Shown here: piece after piece, positions 26,101 through 36,880 of the stretch
Layout: each line of letters begins with the position of its first letter
How positions within the stretch are numbered: position 1 is the first letter of the stretch
Assembly: GCF_902459465.1 (NCBI RefSeq)
Contig: NC_047068.1
Coordinates: 14,632,001-14,696,000, forward strand
Direction: 5' to 3'
Length of the DNA: 64,000 nt
Origin: Asterias rubens
Lineage: Eukaryota
Notes under the pieces: model-generated
The model's database searches: none
Told to the model about the DNA's origin: nothing
What the model saw: the letters and a program-made list of their open reading frames with translations, nothing else
Translations under genes and position numbers: made by a program

Positions 26101-26941
26101 CTGCCCACCACAACCGCCGTCATCATTATCATCATCATCAAGATCCAGAAGTGTACGGCAGTGGAGCGGAGCCCACCTCGATCCTGTCCACCACAACGAC
26201 GAGGCTGGTGATGGAGACAGAGCTCCCCACGACGACCAGACCAAAGACCACATGTTGCATTCTAGGAGAGCAGGCTGGCATGAAGAGACATCACTGTAAC
26301 CCTGACAACTACATGCCAAGATTTAGGTAAGAATGACACTTCAGCAACTCTAGACCAATCCAGGGTCAAAGGCCAGCAACTTTTGGATCAGAGGGGGGGG
26401 GGGCTATCCTCCCAAATTCAGGCAAAGTTGAGGTAATTTGGAGCACAGCAAGAAGGAAAGAATGGCACGAGAGAGAAACTTAAACTTTTTTTCACATGGT
26501 ATTAGAAATTGGTAGTTAATTTGGGGGATAAATAGACCCCTCTGCCCTTCAAAAACCAAAGAAAGGTGAACTTATGACTGGCTACACATCCTCGACTCAT
26601 TGCAATAATTCCTTATCTTAAAAATTTTTGGTCCCTCACCCAGAGAAACTGATTTCAAACAAACATTTCAGAAATTGACAGCACAGAAATATAACTTGTC
26701 AAAACCTTTTTTCCCCCAAATTCTCAGAGACTACAATCGTCGCCATAACTTCAAGCAGTCCAACCGACACCCAAGCATAGAGAAGAGCCAATTCGACAAG
26801 TGCACCTCCGGTATCATCAGAAGACATGCCGAAGAGTTCAGGACTTGCTGCCAAGAAGCCTATAAGATGTTGTGGCAGCAAGAGAGAGGTGAAGAGAACG
26901 TTGGCAACGGCAGGATCCATCTTATTGAGGTCCCAATATAG
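17162..26941 (+). CDS. Secreted stand-alone anaphylatoxin-like protein 2, 220 aa, 3 coding exons
   Basis: Exons 17162-17252 (signal-peptide-like MTKPSYLIVLFVVCTTLRSCVVA; phase-1 GTAAGA donor), 25969-26326 (His/Thr/Pro-rich linker then CCILGEQAGMKRHHC; phase-2 GTAAGA donor) and 26728-26941 (...DKC-x14-CC, EFRTCC; stop). All phases match and AATAAA follows at 27058. The join across the 8.7-kb intron is inferred. Confidence 0.8.
19510..19685. mobile_element. Short non-autonomous element with CAGG termini and 6-bp TSD (hAT-like)
   Basis: GTATTT|CAGGGC...GGCCTG|GTATTT. Homologous to 34955-35110; related fragments near 25580-25660 and 47540-47715. Confidence 0.7.
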
Positions 26942-27410
26942 AACTTTTCAGATTGTTGCTGAGATGCACCTGTTACTTAAAATTTACCAATGACGTATTT
27001 AAGAAGCTTGCCATCAAAACTTTACTAATAATATAAGTTCATTAACACTCAACAACTAATAAAGAAAACATGCTGACTTAAAAGAATTAAATCACTCAAC
27101 ATAGATGTTAAAGTTACTGTCAGGCATGCATCTTTTCAGCTGATCAGTGTTTCCCTTTTTTCTTCCTTTTTTTCTCAGCTCCACCATTGAAATTTGAAAA
27201 ACACAGTACAAAGTCTCGCTGTGCTTGATAAATCCCTCTTTGATTAGCTGCAGTTGCATGCCTGTTATTCACAGACAGTGTGGGCCTTCCACTATATCCC
27301 ATGAGAAGCCTGGGTAAAGAAGTCATTGTGATACATGATCATTTCAAATGTGCGCTGAAAGGGTTTATGCTAGTGAACATAACAGTTTAAGTTTCAAACT
27401 TGCTTCATAT

Positions 27411-27738
27411 TGAAAACTATCAAGCTGGTTATGGTGAAACAAGGGTTTATGCTAGTGGAGATTACAGTTTAAACTGTTGAGGGACTGCATTTTGAAAACT
27501 ATCAAGCTGGTTATGGTGAAACGAGGGTTTATGCTAGTGGAGATTACTGGTTACACTTTGAAGGGGCTGCATGTTGACAACTATCAAGCTGGTTATGGTG
27601 AAACAAGGGTTTATGCTAGTGGAGATTACAGTTTAAACTGTTAAGGGACTGCATGTTGAAAACTATCAAGCTGGTTATGGTGAAACAAGGGTTTATGCTA
27701 GTGGAGATTACTGGTTACACTTTGAAGGGGCTGCATGT
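27411..27738. repeat. 82-bp minisatellite, 4 units in A-B-A-B higher-order arrangement
   Basis: Units start at 27411, 27493, 27575 and 27657. Units 1/3 carry ACAGTTTAAACTGTT; units 2/4 carry ACTGGTTACACTTTG. Confidence 0.9.
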
Positions 27739-30700
27739 TAAAATTTTTAAAGGGGGTAGGTTTTTGCGGTTGTATTTTAACCAAAACCTGCTGGAGTTGT
27801 TTATGATATCCGTAAAGCAACATCCAAGTATTGGTGATTATCCAGTGAAGGCATCCCTGGTGTCTGACAAAACTGATACTGATCTTCCATCCATGCAAAG
27901 TCTCAAATCTTGACCAAAAAAGTACACCATAGTAACCAACCTGCGCAGCAATTTAATTTGATCTCTGACTGATCAATGACTTCTTTCTGCCCACCAAAGC
28001 TTCTGTGTATCTTAAACATGGGATCTAATGATTTGTTCACATGTGTAGCACATGTGTAGCACAACTTTCTTTAGGTGAACAGTGCGGTAAACTCGTTCTT
28101 TGTACTTGCCGGAACTGTTTACAGAGGTAAAGAATGATGCACGATAGACTAACTAACCACGGGGAATTGTTTCAGATAAAAACCTCTCTTATTGATGTAA
28201 GCAAACCAAAGTGTATTTATATTAAAAAGGTATATTTTCTTCTTTCATTTGAATATATGTAATATTGTATATAAATATATTAAGATTTATTGTATTAAAA
28301 ATACTGTTGTTTGTTGTTGTGGTAACGTAATACAACACACCATCCTAGTGGAAGTTTGGTCTTTACTGGAGTCGGTCATAAACTCAAAGAGCTTTAAACT
28401 GAGGCAAAGGGCAAAATACCCTCGCAAAAACAAAACACCACTAAATCAAAAACAGACATTTCAAACTGGCAAAGAATAATGGTCTGGAGTTAACCTTTCA
28501 TGATTTGTGCTATTAATAAAAAAAATGCTTATGTCTGTTTGGACTGGTGCTTAGATTTGGCAACTAATCTCAAGAATTTAAGATTAAGTTAAGAACTCCG
28601 GGGTCAGCAAATTGTCACTGATAATCCTCGTTAAAGCTTGGATTATAAATGACTTATCTAAAGTGAGTGGGTGGTGTGATGTAAACTGTAAATAGTTCTT
28701 TACATAATTGTAAAAATGTATAAAGATGACTCTGCAGGTTTTTTATTTGACCTACTGTTGGAACAAGTGGACATCCCTGATGTTTATGTACATTTATTGT
28801 TACCTACATTTAAAAGGTGTTGTACTAACTTGCTTGCTTTCTGAACAATATGGTGCATTTTAGGTTATTTTTATGAGACATCGCCACAAGAATCACAAGA
28901 ATTTGACTATAATTGGGTTGGGGGGGGGGGTAAAAGGTTCAAATCTCACACAAGCAACCAGTGGATTTTCAATAATCAATCAATAACCACCCATTCTGTT
29001 TATGTAAAATGTTGACAACTTTTAATATCTTTATTTAATGACGAAGCTACTGAATTAACTTAAATGAAACAATTCTGCAAAAAGGTTCATTATAAAATTT
29101 AAAAAAGGTGGGTTGTATAAATAGGATCAGAATTCATAAAGCTGTTAATCATAGAAATCTGCTTTGCATTATTAATAATCTTGCTCAGCAAAAACAGGTC
29201 ACCAGCAAAAGTGCTATGTAATGTGCACCAGTATTCACTAGTTCCATGTAAATAACTGCTTGATATTAATTTTTGCTGGTGGCTTTTTCTGAAACTGGTT
29301 CCCATCTAGAAGACAGGTGCTAACAATGCCCTGTTGAGGCGTACAGGTCACCGGTTTAAGTAAGTGAGGGAACCCTGGATAGATCAGCTGGGGCTGAGCA
29401 AACACAACATGGGAAAGTGACTCAACTACCTGTGTATTACCTAAGGGGGTTCCTGTTTATGACCCAGGTTGCCATGGCTTACAGAGGAAACCAGTTGTTA
29501 TTTTACATCCGATAACCTAAGCGAAGAAGTGCTGGGCCCAATTTTGTAGAGCTGCTTCAAGCAGAATTATGGCTTTACAAATTTCTGCTGAGCAACAATA
29601 ACCAGGATACCAGTTACAGATGCTTATGAGAATGGTATATAATATTAGCTGGTAACCTTTTTCTGGTAGGCATACATGTAGTTTTGCTGTTCTTTCAGTG
29701 CTTATATTAAACTGGGCACTTTGGCAACTCATAATTGCTACTCACACGATATCAATTTAGCAGGGGTCCCTCGCTTCATTTTTCTAGCTTGTAAAATGTA
29801 CAATGTTAAAGCAAGATTTTACAAGAGAACTTGGACAAAAGAAAAATGGTTTTGTAAAATTTTACAACCATGCTACAATTTAGCAAGGGACCCTTGCTAA
29901 ATTGCTTTGGTGTGAAAGAGGCTTTACACACTTAGGCTTTCACATTTGAAATGATAAAACATAACAAAAGACCTATTAATTTTTATGACACTTCTAAGAT
30001 TTAAAAAAATCAGTTAATAATATATCGAGAGGGTTTGATTGGCAACTTGACCAAGGCATGTTGTTAAGTTAAAAACATATGAAGTACTTTGTGAAGATAC
30101 TTTGTTGGTTGAAGTATCAACACCTTTACATGAACTAAATGTAAGATTTAAAAATATGTACAATTTAAATAAAGATTTTTGTTTTTCAAGATAAAGGTGT
30201 GTTTCTGTTCCACTTCTGTTCTACTTCAGTGGTTGTTTTTGTTTCTCAAATACCCCGTTCATTCTTTCGTAAAGTATCTTTGAGCGGGTGCTAGCTAACA
30301 CCCTGACTTTTTCACGGTATTATGTGCGCCTGCTACTATGGTATTATACAGGATTGGCAAGGATAAAAGTACATTGTTTATTTGTGGTTCAAATAAGAAG
30401 CTCATACAACAAAAAATTGTGAAATATTTTCCTCTGAAATTAACTCAAATTTGAGAATAACTGTATCTAAAAACCTTTAAAAAACATTGCAACCCAAGTG
30501 TCATGCTGATAATTGCATCCGGCTTTTCACAATTTTTTCTCTTTTATCACACAACAGATTAAGCCTGGGCTTGTTGTTTGAATGATGATTGATCTAGCTC
30601 TATTGTTGATCACACAAAACACCTGTGACTATTTTGTCAGCTCAACCAATAACTTGTGTGACCTAACAACAGGACTTGCAATAGAGCACACAAATGCATT

Positions 30701-31191
30701 GAAAAGCCAACCTACATGGACACGAGAGGTGAACCATAAGTTACTAATGTCTTTGCTTATACTCCAGTATAAGTTAAACAGAAGATGGAAAACATTGCAA
30801 AATATACCAGAACTACAATTATATGCTCTCTCAAACTGTACGGTGTATACAATTTGTTGGGGTGTGTTTATTTGCAAAACAGTAAATTGTGAATGGTTAT
30901 TGTAATGCAGCAGTCACCAGCTCAACACATGGGCTTGTACAATTTGTAAACTAGTCCTAGGAGATATTACAAACTTAAGGGTAGTCCTAAGTTAGGAAGA
31001 GTAACTCGAGATAAGACTGTAGTCCTAAATCTTTGTGAAATTGACCCCTGGTCAAACGGGTATGGGTTTTTATAAAGTACATAATGTCAAGCTTGTAAAG
31101 AACGGGACTGTTTGAAATAATACAAATACTTTCAAACAAACCTTCACTTCAGCAGACTTGTCAACAAACAGCTGTCTTGTTAACATGTTCA

Positions 31192-31207
31192 CCAACAGAG
31201 GGCGCTC
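31192..31207 (+). promoter_or_regulatory. CTCF-like motif
   Basis: CCAACAGAGGGCGCTC matches the established CTCF core CCAC/GC/TAGA/GG/TGGCG/AC at 13 of 14 positions. Confidence 0.45.
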
Positions 31208-31258
31208 TGCAATCACAACAGTTACTTATTCTTGACTTCATTTGCTGTTGTTGTTTCT

Positions 31259-34200
31259 TTATGATACCATGTAAACACCCAGCTTGAGTACCTCCAGTTG
31301 TTGGGACGAATCTAGACAAATGCATTGTGTTTAAAACAAAAAAGGATTAACATTTGATTCAAACACAAAAAAACACTTTAGCTTGCGTGTGTGTCATGGC
31401 CGAGTAGTTAAGAGCATAGTTCTGGTGGCTATTAGTCATCAGAGTGAGGGTTAGAATTCATGTTATGACACTTGTGCTCGTGAGCAAGATACTTTACTAT
31501 AATTGCTTCTCTTCACCCAGGGGTATAAATGGGTACCTGTCGATAATGTATTTGAAAAAGCCTTTGGTGCTCCACTGCAGCCCAGGGCTGTATACACCCA
31601 AGTGAGATGAGAAAGATTAAAGGAATGTTATTTTCACAATGGTCCCAATAATAAGAGCACAACTGTAAAGCGCATTGATACAGTTATAGTAATGGGTGCT
31701 AATAAGAACTTGTTATTACTATGTGTATGTGTGAGGATCTTTATGGTAAAGATGAGCAAATAAACATGAAACCAGATGTAGGTTTACCTTTAAATGGCGA
31801 GTCTTTTTGATGCAAACTGGAAACAGCGGACAGGCAATCTTTAATATTCTCAAACCTGGAAAAATAATGTTGTAAATGATAGCATTGATTTTTTTTTTTT
31901 AAATACACGAAAATTGTCAACAGTTTCTTAATTGAAGCACAGAATAAAAGCTTTGCCTATAAGCAAGTCCCCCTGGTTTTTTTTTCTGGTGTAAGAAAAT
32001 GAATTGGAGCTAACCCAAGGAATAAAACAGCTCATATAAGACAGTGGTGTGGCTAGGAGGAATAAACAATTGCCTTTTTTTTTTTACACTATTGATTAAC
32101 AAATATTGCTTTTGTTTTTCAAAGGCAATGGGAATTGGCATGGTGTGGATCATTATAAGGAGTAAAACGTTGGTTCTGGGAAGAACTGTGGTCTGGACAT
32201 TTCAAACGGTATACCCTGCTTGTCTTCCTGGTCTAAATTGGAAGTAGAAACATTTAGGGGTAAATTAGTACCATCTTTTTTTATTTTTTATTTTATTTTT
32301 GGTGGGGGAGGTAAATCAAATCATGGTCTTAATAGATGTTAAATTTGCATCGGGGATAAAGAATATTATTATTTTTTTTTTTTTTTACCCATACATCATG
32401 GTCGCAATATTGACCCAATTCACCTGACCTCATTATCAGAAAAATCTTGGATGCGCCATTTTGGTGGTCAATAACACTGTGCGTTATTCAGTGAAGTGCG
32501 CATTTTAGGTGATGCGGCGTTCACAGGTAGACCTATTGACCACCAAAATGGTGAGTGTGGCACAGTCAGCGCATGACCTGCGTGCAAGGGGTCAATACCC
32601 CACTTGGGAGAGCTTGATAAGTTTGACTTACCTTACAAATGCAATTCCAATGCATTTCTGTGTGTCATTGTCTCGAAGTATATGACAATCGACTACAGGT
32701 CCAATTCTAGACATAAAAGCTCTCAAGTGATCGTCTGTAAGGTCCTCAGGTAGGCTGTCTAACTGGATCAGATTGGCTCCTGTGGGTATGGTCTGTTATC
32801 AAAAATAAAATAATTTAGATGATACTAAAAAAAGAAAAAATTGGTGTGTTTTACCCTTCAACGATGTGTGTTTCAAAAGGTGTATTTTTTAGGATATTGG
32901 TGAAAATCTGGAGCGTAATGTCCCTGCAGGATTCCGTATTTGGAATACACAATTTGAGTAGTGTTTCATGCAGAAACTGTTCACAGATTGAAAGTTTTTG
33001 AATCACTCTCTGTGAAACCACATTCCTTTGAAGGGAATTCTTTTCTCAAAATGTTCAATATTATCAACAGCTGCATTGCTTCTTACAAAGTCAATTTTTA
33101 TGATCAACAATTTTTGGGGGGTAATTACCAAAGGTATACCCTCCCTTTAAAGAGGGGCTCCCAGGTCTAATTCAGTTTGGTGATGCACTCATTCTCCAAT
33201 AGATAAAGTCATCATTAAAGTGGGGGGAAATAACAAGTCTCCAAAAATGGTGTAAAGTTTCAATATAGTTGATACATAACCCATTCAAAATACAATTAGA
33301 AACAAAACCAAATGGGTCTGTACATTCCAAAGAGGAATGATGAATCAATCAAAATGACAATTCAATGTCATTTTGATTAAATGTTTTGTGTTATATGCAC
33401 TTTTTGAGTTATTAACTTTTATAAGCTTCATGTTTACCCCTTGTTGATTGCGGCTTTCTTGACTCCCATCTTCAACCCTAGACAGAGGCACAGCAGCTCC
33501 TTCACTCATCTCAACTCCCTTCTTCTCCTGCTGTGCAGGCTCTTTTCTCTTTTTCGTCTTTCTCCATTTCTTGCTTCCAGGGCTGCTTAATCCTCCACTT
33601 GCATCTTTCCTCGAGCTGCTTTCGAAACTTGACGCAGAAGAGATAGTTTTCATAAGATCCTGCAGACTAAGCGGCTTCTTTGGGTAGGTGTGGGTCTCCG
33701 CTTCATCGTACCTCCCTCCCTTCTGACCACAATCGGATTGACAACCGCCGCCATTAATGTCCGGCCATTGGTCCATCCTGTTGAAATTCAAACCTGGCGC
33801 AGTCTGCATTGAACGTATTGAGTGTGGTGCTTGCCGGGGGGTTTCAAACGGATTAAAGGCCTCTCTACCTAAAGGCTCCCCAAGGAACCTCTCCATGAGG
33901 CAAGCCTTTCCTTCCATGATTTCAGAAGTGAGCCCTCGTGTGTTGGCACCTAGAAAGTTCTTTTCCAGGGTCCTGCAGCTCCGAGGTTGTTGATTTTGGT
34001 GGACTCTCCTTGAGTTGTTGTAGATGGGATGGATTGATAATGGGAAATCAGCTTCGATATCTTGTAATCTTCTTCCTCGGCCAGCAGATTTCTCCGAGTT
34101 GACTTGGGCCCTGACAACATTCTACACAGAACAACAAATAATCATTAATCATACTAATGATACTCGGTTCTTATCCAATGCAAATACTTTAGTAGCTGAA

Positions 34201-36791
34201 TAAAGATGCTTCATTTTACACTCAAGCAACCGTGTGCAGCATGATGTAAACCATTACACAATGCTATGTAAATAAATGGGTGGGTCTCAAAAACATAGAT
34301 CCCAATAACTTGTAGACAAAAATATCAAGGGCTTTGAGATGCCCTCGGGTGTGATGAAGCACTGTGTAAGATTAAGAACTTCGTATTCATTGTACTAAGC
34401 CTGGGCGACTAGTGCTACTAGTGTCGAAGTCGCGACTATTGATTGCTTAGTCGAGTCATGACTACCGTTTTTCAGCTACTCGGTTAATCGTGCCGACAGG
34501 ACTACTAAAAAAATGGTGCCCACTCTGCTTGTTGAACCAATTGTGTCGCTCATGACTATTCACAAAACACAGTCAGACATCAATAACACAATCCTTCAAT
34601 CCTTTCAGCAAGAATTTCACTCTATTGCGCCTGCGGCAAACAATTTGTTGCAATGCATCATGGGAATTAGTCGCCACTACTGTCAAAGACGCGGCTATTT
34701 AAGGAGCGACTAGTCAAGTAGTAAATTCCACTATTCGCTCAGGCCTAAATTAGTATTGTTACAATTTAAGAGAAAAAGAATACCTTGCGTCTGAGATTTT
34801 CATAGTAGGCTTGTGGTAATCTAATATCCCTTGGGTTGGGGGTCTGGCTGCATCCACGTCCAACTGCCACTACATACTTGAATGGTGTTGCTATGTGATC
34901 TGAACCACTGTCTTCAGACTGAAACAAAGTAGGTAGAATATGTAGTTACATTGCCTGGCCTGTATGCTTTGTTTGTGAAAGGGTAAAGGCACCAAGGCAT
35001 TTTTTCATTGGGAAAGAGTACCCTATGAGGAAATTGTCAATTTCTACTGGAGCATTTCAAGGGCACTAAGGTAATGACCAGGGGGCATGGACTGCGAAGT
35101 ATCAGACCTGCATTGCAAAACATGAATTCTTATTGAAGTCCCAACTCAGCAGTTTTCACAGAATAACCATCAAATGACAGAGCACCAGGTTACATATTAT
35201 TAGTCTTTGTTTCATTTAACAAACGACTTTTATTGGTAGTTGCAATGGTAGCTTTACGATCCATTGCCAAAATTTCATTGGATGATCATAACCCTCCATC
35301 CTCATTGACCGTCGGGAGGATGTCCGAGGCCGTCACGATTCTTGTAACTATGGATGTTTCACGTCAAATTACCCACCATAAACATGTTTTCTTCTAACAG
35401 CTCATTTTCAAGTTCAGACAAGTCTTTAATGTTGAATATTGGTTCAGCTACACTTGTAGATTTTCCATGTTCAGCCATAGAAGGTGTGCTTCCAGCACCC
35501 TGACCCGAGTCATTCATAATCCTGTTTCTTTTTCCCTTGAATTGGGCAGAGTCAAGAGTTATTCGTCGGAAACTTGTCTGAGATCTAAGAATAAGAAAAA
35601 AATGTGTAAATCAGAAGTGAAAAGCATACAGAGGTGAATCTGAATGCAAAAAGTTCCAGATAGCAGTTGAGACAACACACCTCAAATCTAGATGATGATA
35701 TAAAAAATTAAGGATTATCTTAATTAAAGAAGATGTGTTAATAGATTTGTATTAACCCCTTGCATGTGCGTTAATTGTGCGTCACCCTGGTCACATGCGG
35801 TGACTGATGCCACGCTCACCATGTTGGCGGTCAATAGGTTTATTTGTAAACGCTGCGTCGCCTGCGCACTTCACTTAATAACACACGTTGACATTGACCA
35901 CCAAAATGGCGCATCCAAGATTGTTCTGATGATGACGTCAGGTGAATTGGGTGATTGGGTCAATAGCCAAGCCTCCTCATTTCAGGGCCTACACTATTAC
36001 CACAGAACTACAAAAACAGTGGCAGTGCCCCAGACTGTTTGAAGCCACTATACACTTTCGGTCCAGAAAAAAAAATTCACAGGTTTGTTATTTAATATAA
36101 AAGTTGTGCACACGAAGTGTGGGACTTGGACAATTACTGGTTACCGAAAGTGTATAATGGCTTTAAATAACTTTCTGGTCGCAAAATTGGATTACAATAA
36201 AAAAGTTAAAACAGTTTAAATGTTTTGAATTTAATGTCTTTATCTTATTTATTTATTAAAAGTTATTATAATTTATAAAGTTTAGGGTTAGCATGGTTTT
36301 ACTTTTTACCAGTTTAAAAATTAATTACAAAAATCGTGTATGAACACTTACTTACAGTTACACTACAGATTAAACATTTAAAACATTAAAACAGTCACAT
36401 TTCACAAAACACTCGGTGCAAATAGGCCTAACCTTGCTTTTTTGACGGTCTGCCGGTACTTTTATATTATGTCTATGCATCATGGTCACATGTTGTTTGT
36501 GTCGTCTGCTAAAAAGTTCACTACCGATAATGGTGCGTCTTGTCTTGTTGTCATACTGCTTTTTAAAAGAAAATACTAACTTTGGTACAAAACATGTTTA
36601 AGTTTTGGTAAAAAAGGGATAGAATGTTAATTAAATAAATAAATTAAAACGCTTAAACAACGTGTTTACAATTGTTTGTGGCTTTTGTCTACTACTACTA
36701 CATACTAGTATGGTACTTATAGAATACATAATTCAGTATATAGTCGCAATTTAAAATGTGCGCCTGTATTATTTACTTACTCAGCAGTCAT
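31259..36791 (-). CDS. Uncharacterised protein with long low-complexity N-terminus and single C-terminal RRM, 439 aa, 7 exons
   Basis: Exons 36791-36781, 35584-35377, 34918-34784, 34121-33438, 32792-32632, 31855-31788, 31311-31259. All are GT-AG with matching phases, total 1320 nt. The last three exons build [63 protein letters not shown]...LKLGVYMV, an RRM pattern with RNP2-like LIQLDSL and RNP1-like CIGIAFVRF. The 11-nt first exon is the least certain part. Confidence 0.75.
31394..31720 (+). mobile_element. tRNA-derived SINE, near full length, antisense in RRM-gene intron 6
   Basis: A-box-like TGGCCGAGTAGTTAAGAGC head, B-box-like GGTTAGAATTC, CACCCAGGGGTATAAATGGGTACC core and an AT-rich tail. 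The 3' part is shared with 54600-54768. Confidence 0.7.
32409..32598. repeat. ~190-bp interspersed repeat, copy A (inverted relative to copy B at 35749-35965)
   Basis: TATTGACCC...GGGGTCAATA termini. Its reverse complement aligns by eye along the full length of copy B. Confidence 0.8.
34398..34745. mobile_element. MITE with imperfect TIRs (Harbinger-like)
   Basis: AGCCTGGGCGACTAGT...ACTATTCGCTCAGGCC, flanked by CTA/TAA. Confidence 0.5.
34955..35110. mobile_element. Second copy of the 6-bp-TSD hAT-like element
   Basis: CATTGC|CTGGCC...GACCTG|CATTGC; the body aligns with 19510-19685. Confidence 0.7.
35749..35965. repeat. Interspersed repeat copy B, inverted relative to copy A
   Basis: Contains ATTGACCACCAAAATGGCGCATCCAAGATT and GTCAGGTGAATTGGGT, the reverse complements of motifs in 32409-32598. 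Confidence 0.8.
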
Positions 36792-36880
36792 GCAGCAGGC
36801 TATGGGGTTCAAAGGTCACACGTACACTAAACTTCGGGAGTTCAATCGTAGAGAGGTTGCCAAACTCAATATGCAAGATG
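36781..36880. promoter_or_regulatory. Compact bidirectional promoter region (RRM gene / COX19)
   Basis: The minus-strand ATG at 36791 (followed by a GTAAGT donor at 36780) and the COX19 ATG at 36878 are only 87 nt apart. Confidence 0.5.

Noticed and set aside
4439-26941. Reading the two Cys modules as exons of one fibulin or complement C3 gene
   Set aside because: Each module has its own signal-peptide exon, in-frame stop and downstream AATAAA, and no EGF, MG or thioester exons were found nearby.
27411-27738. CRISPR-like appearance of regularly spaced repeats (also 10611-10730 and 18608-18669)
   Set aside because: Eukaryotic context, inter-repeat segments are themselves repeated rather than unique spacers, and there are no cas genes.
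31222-31311. Phase-0 reading of the last RRM-gene exon ([16 protein letters not shown]...)
   Set aside because: Two intervening exons (32792-32632, 31855-31788) set phase 1 and complete the RRM, giving [17 protein letters not shown]-stop instead.
36433-36555. Candidate 123-nt extra exon in RRM-gene intron 1 (possible poison exon)
   Set aside because: Weak splice signals (A-rich acceptor, GTTAGG donor) and an in-frame TGA in the required phase; no evidence without RNA data.
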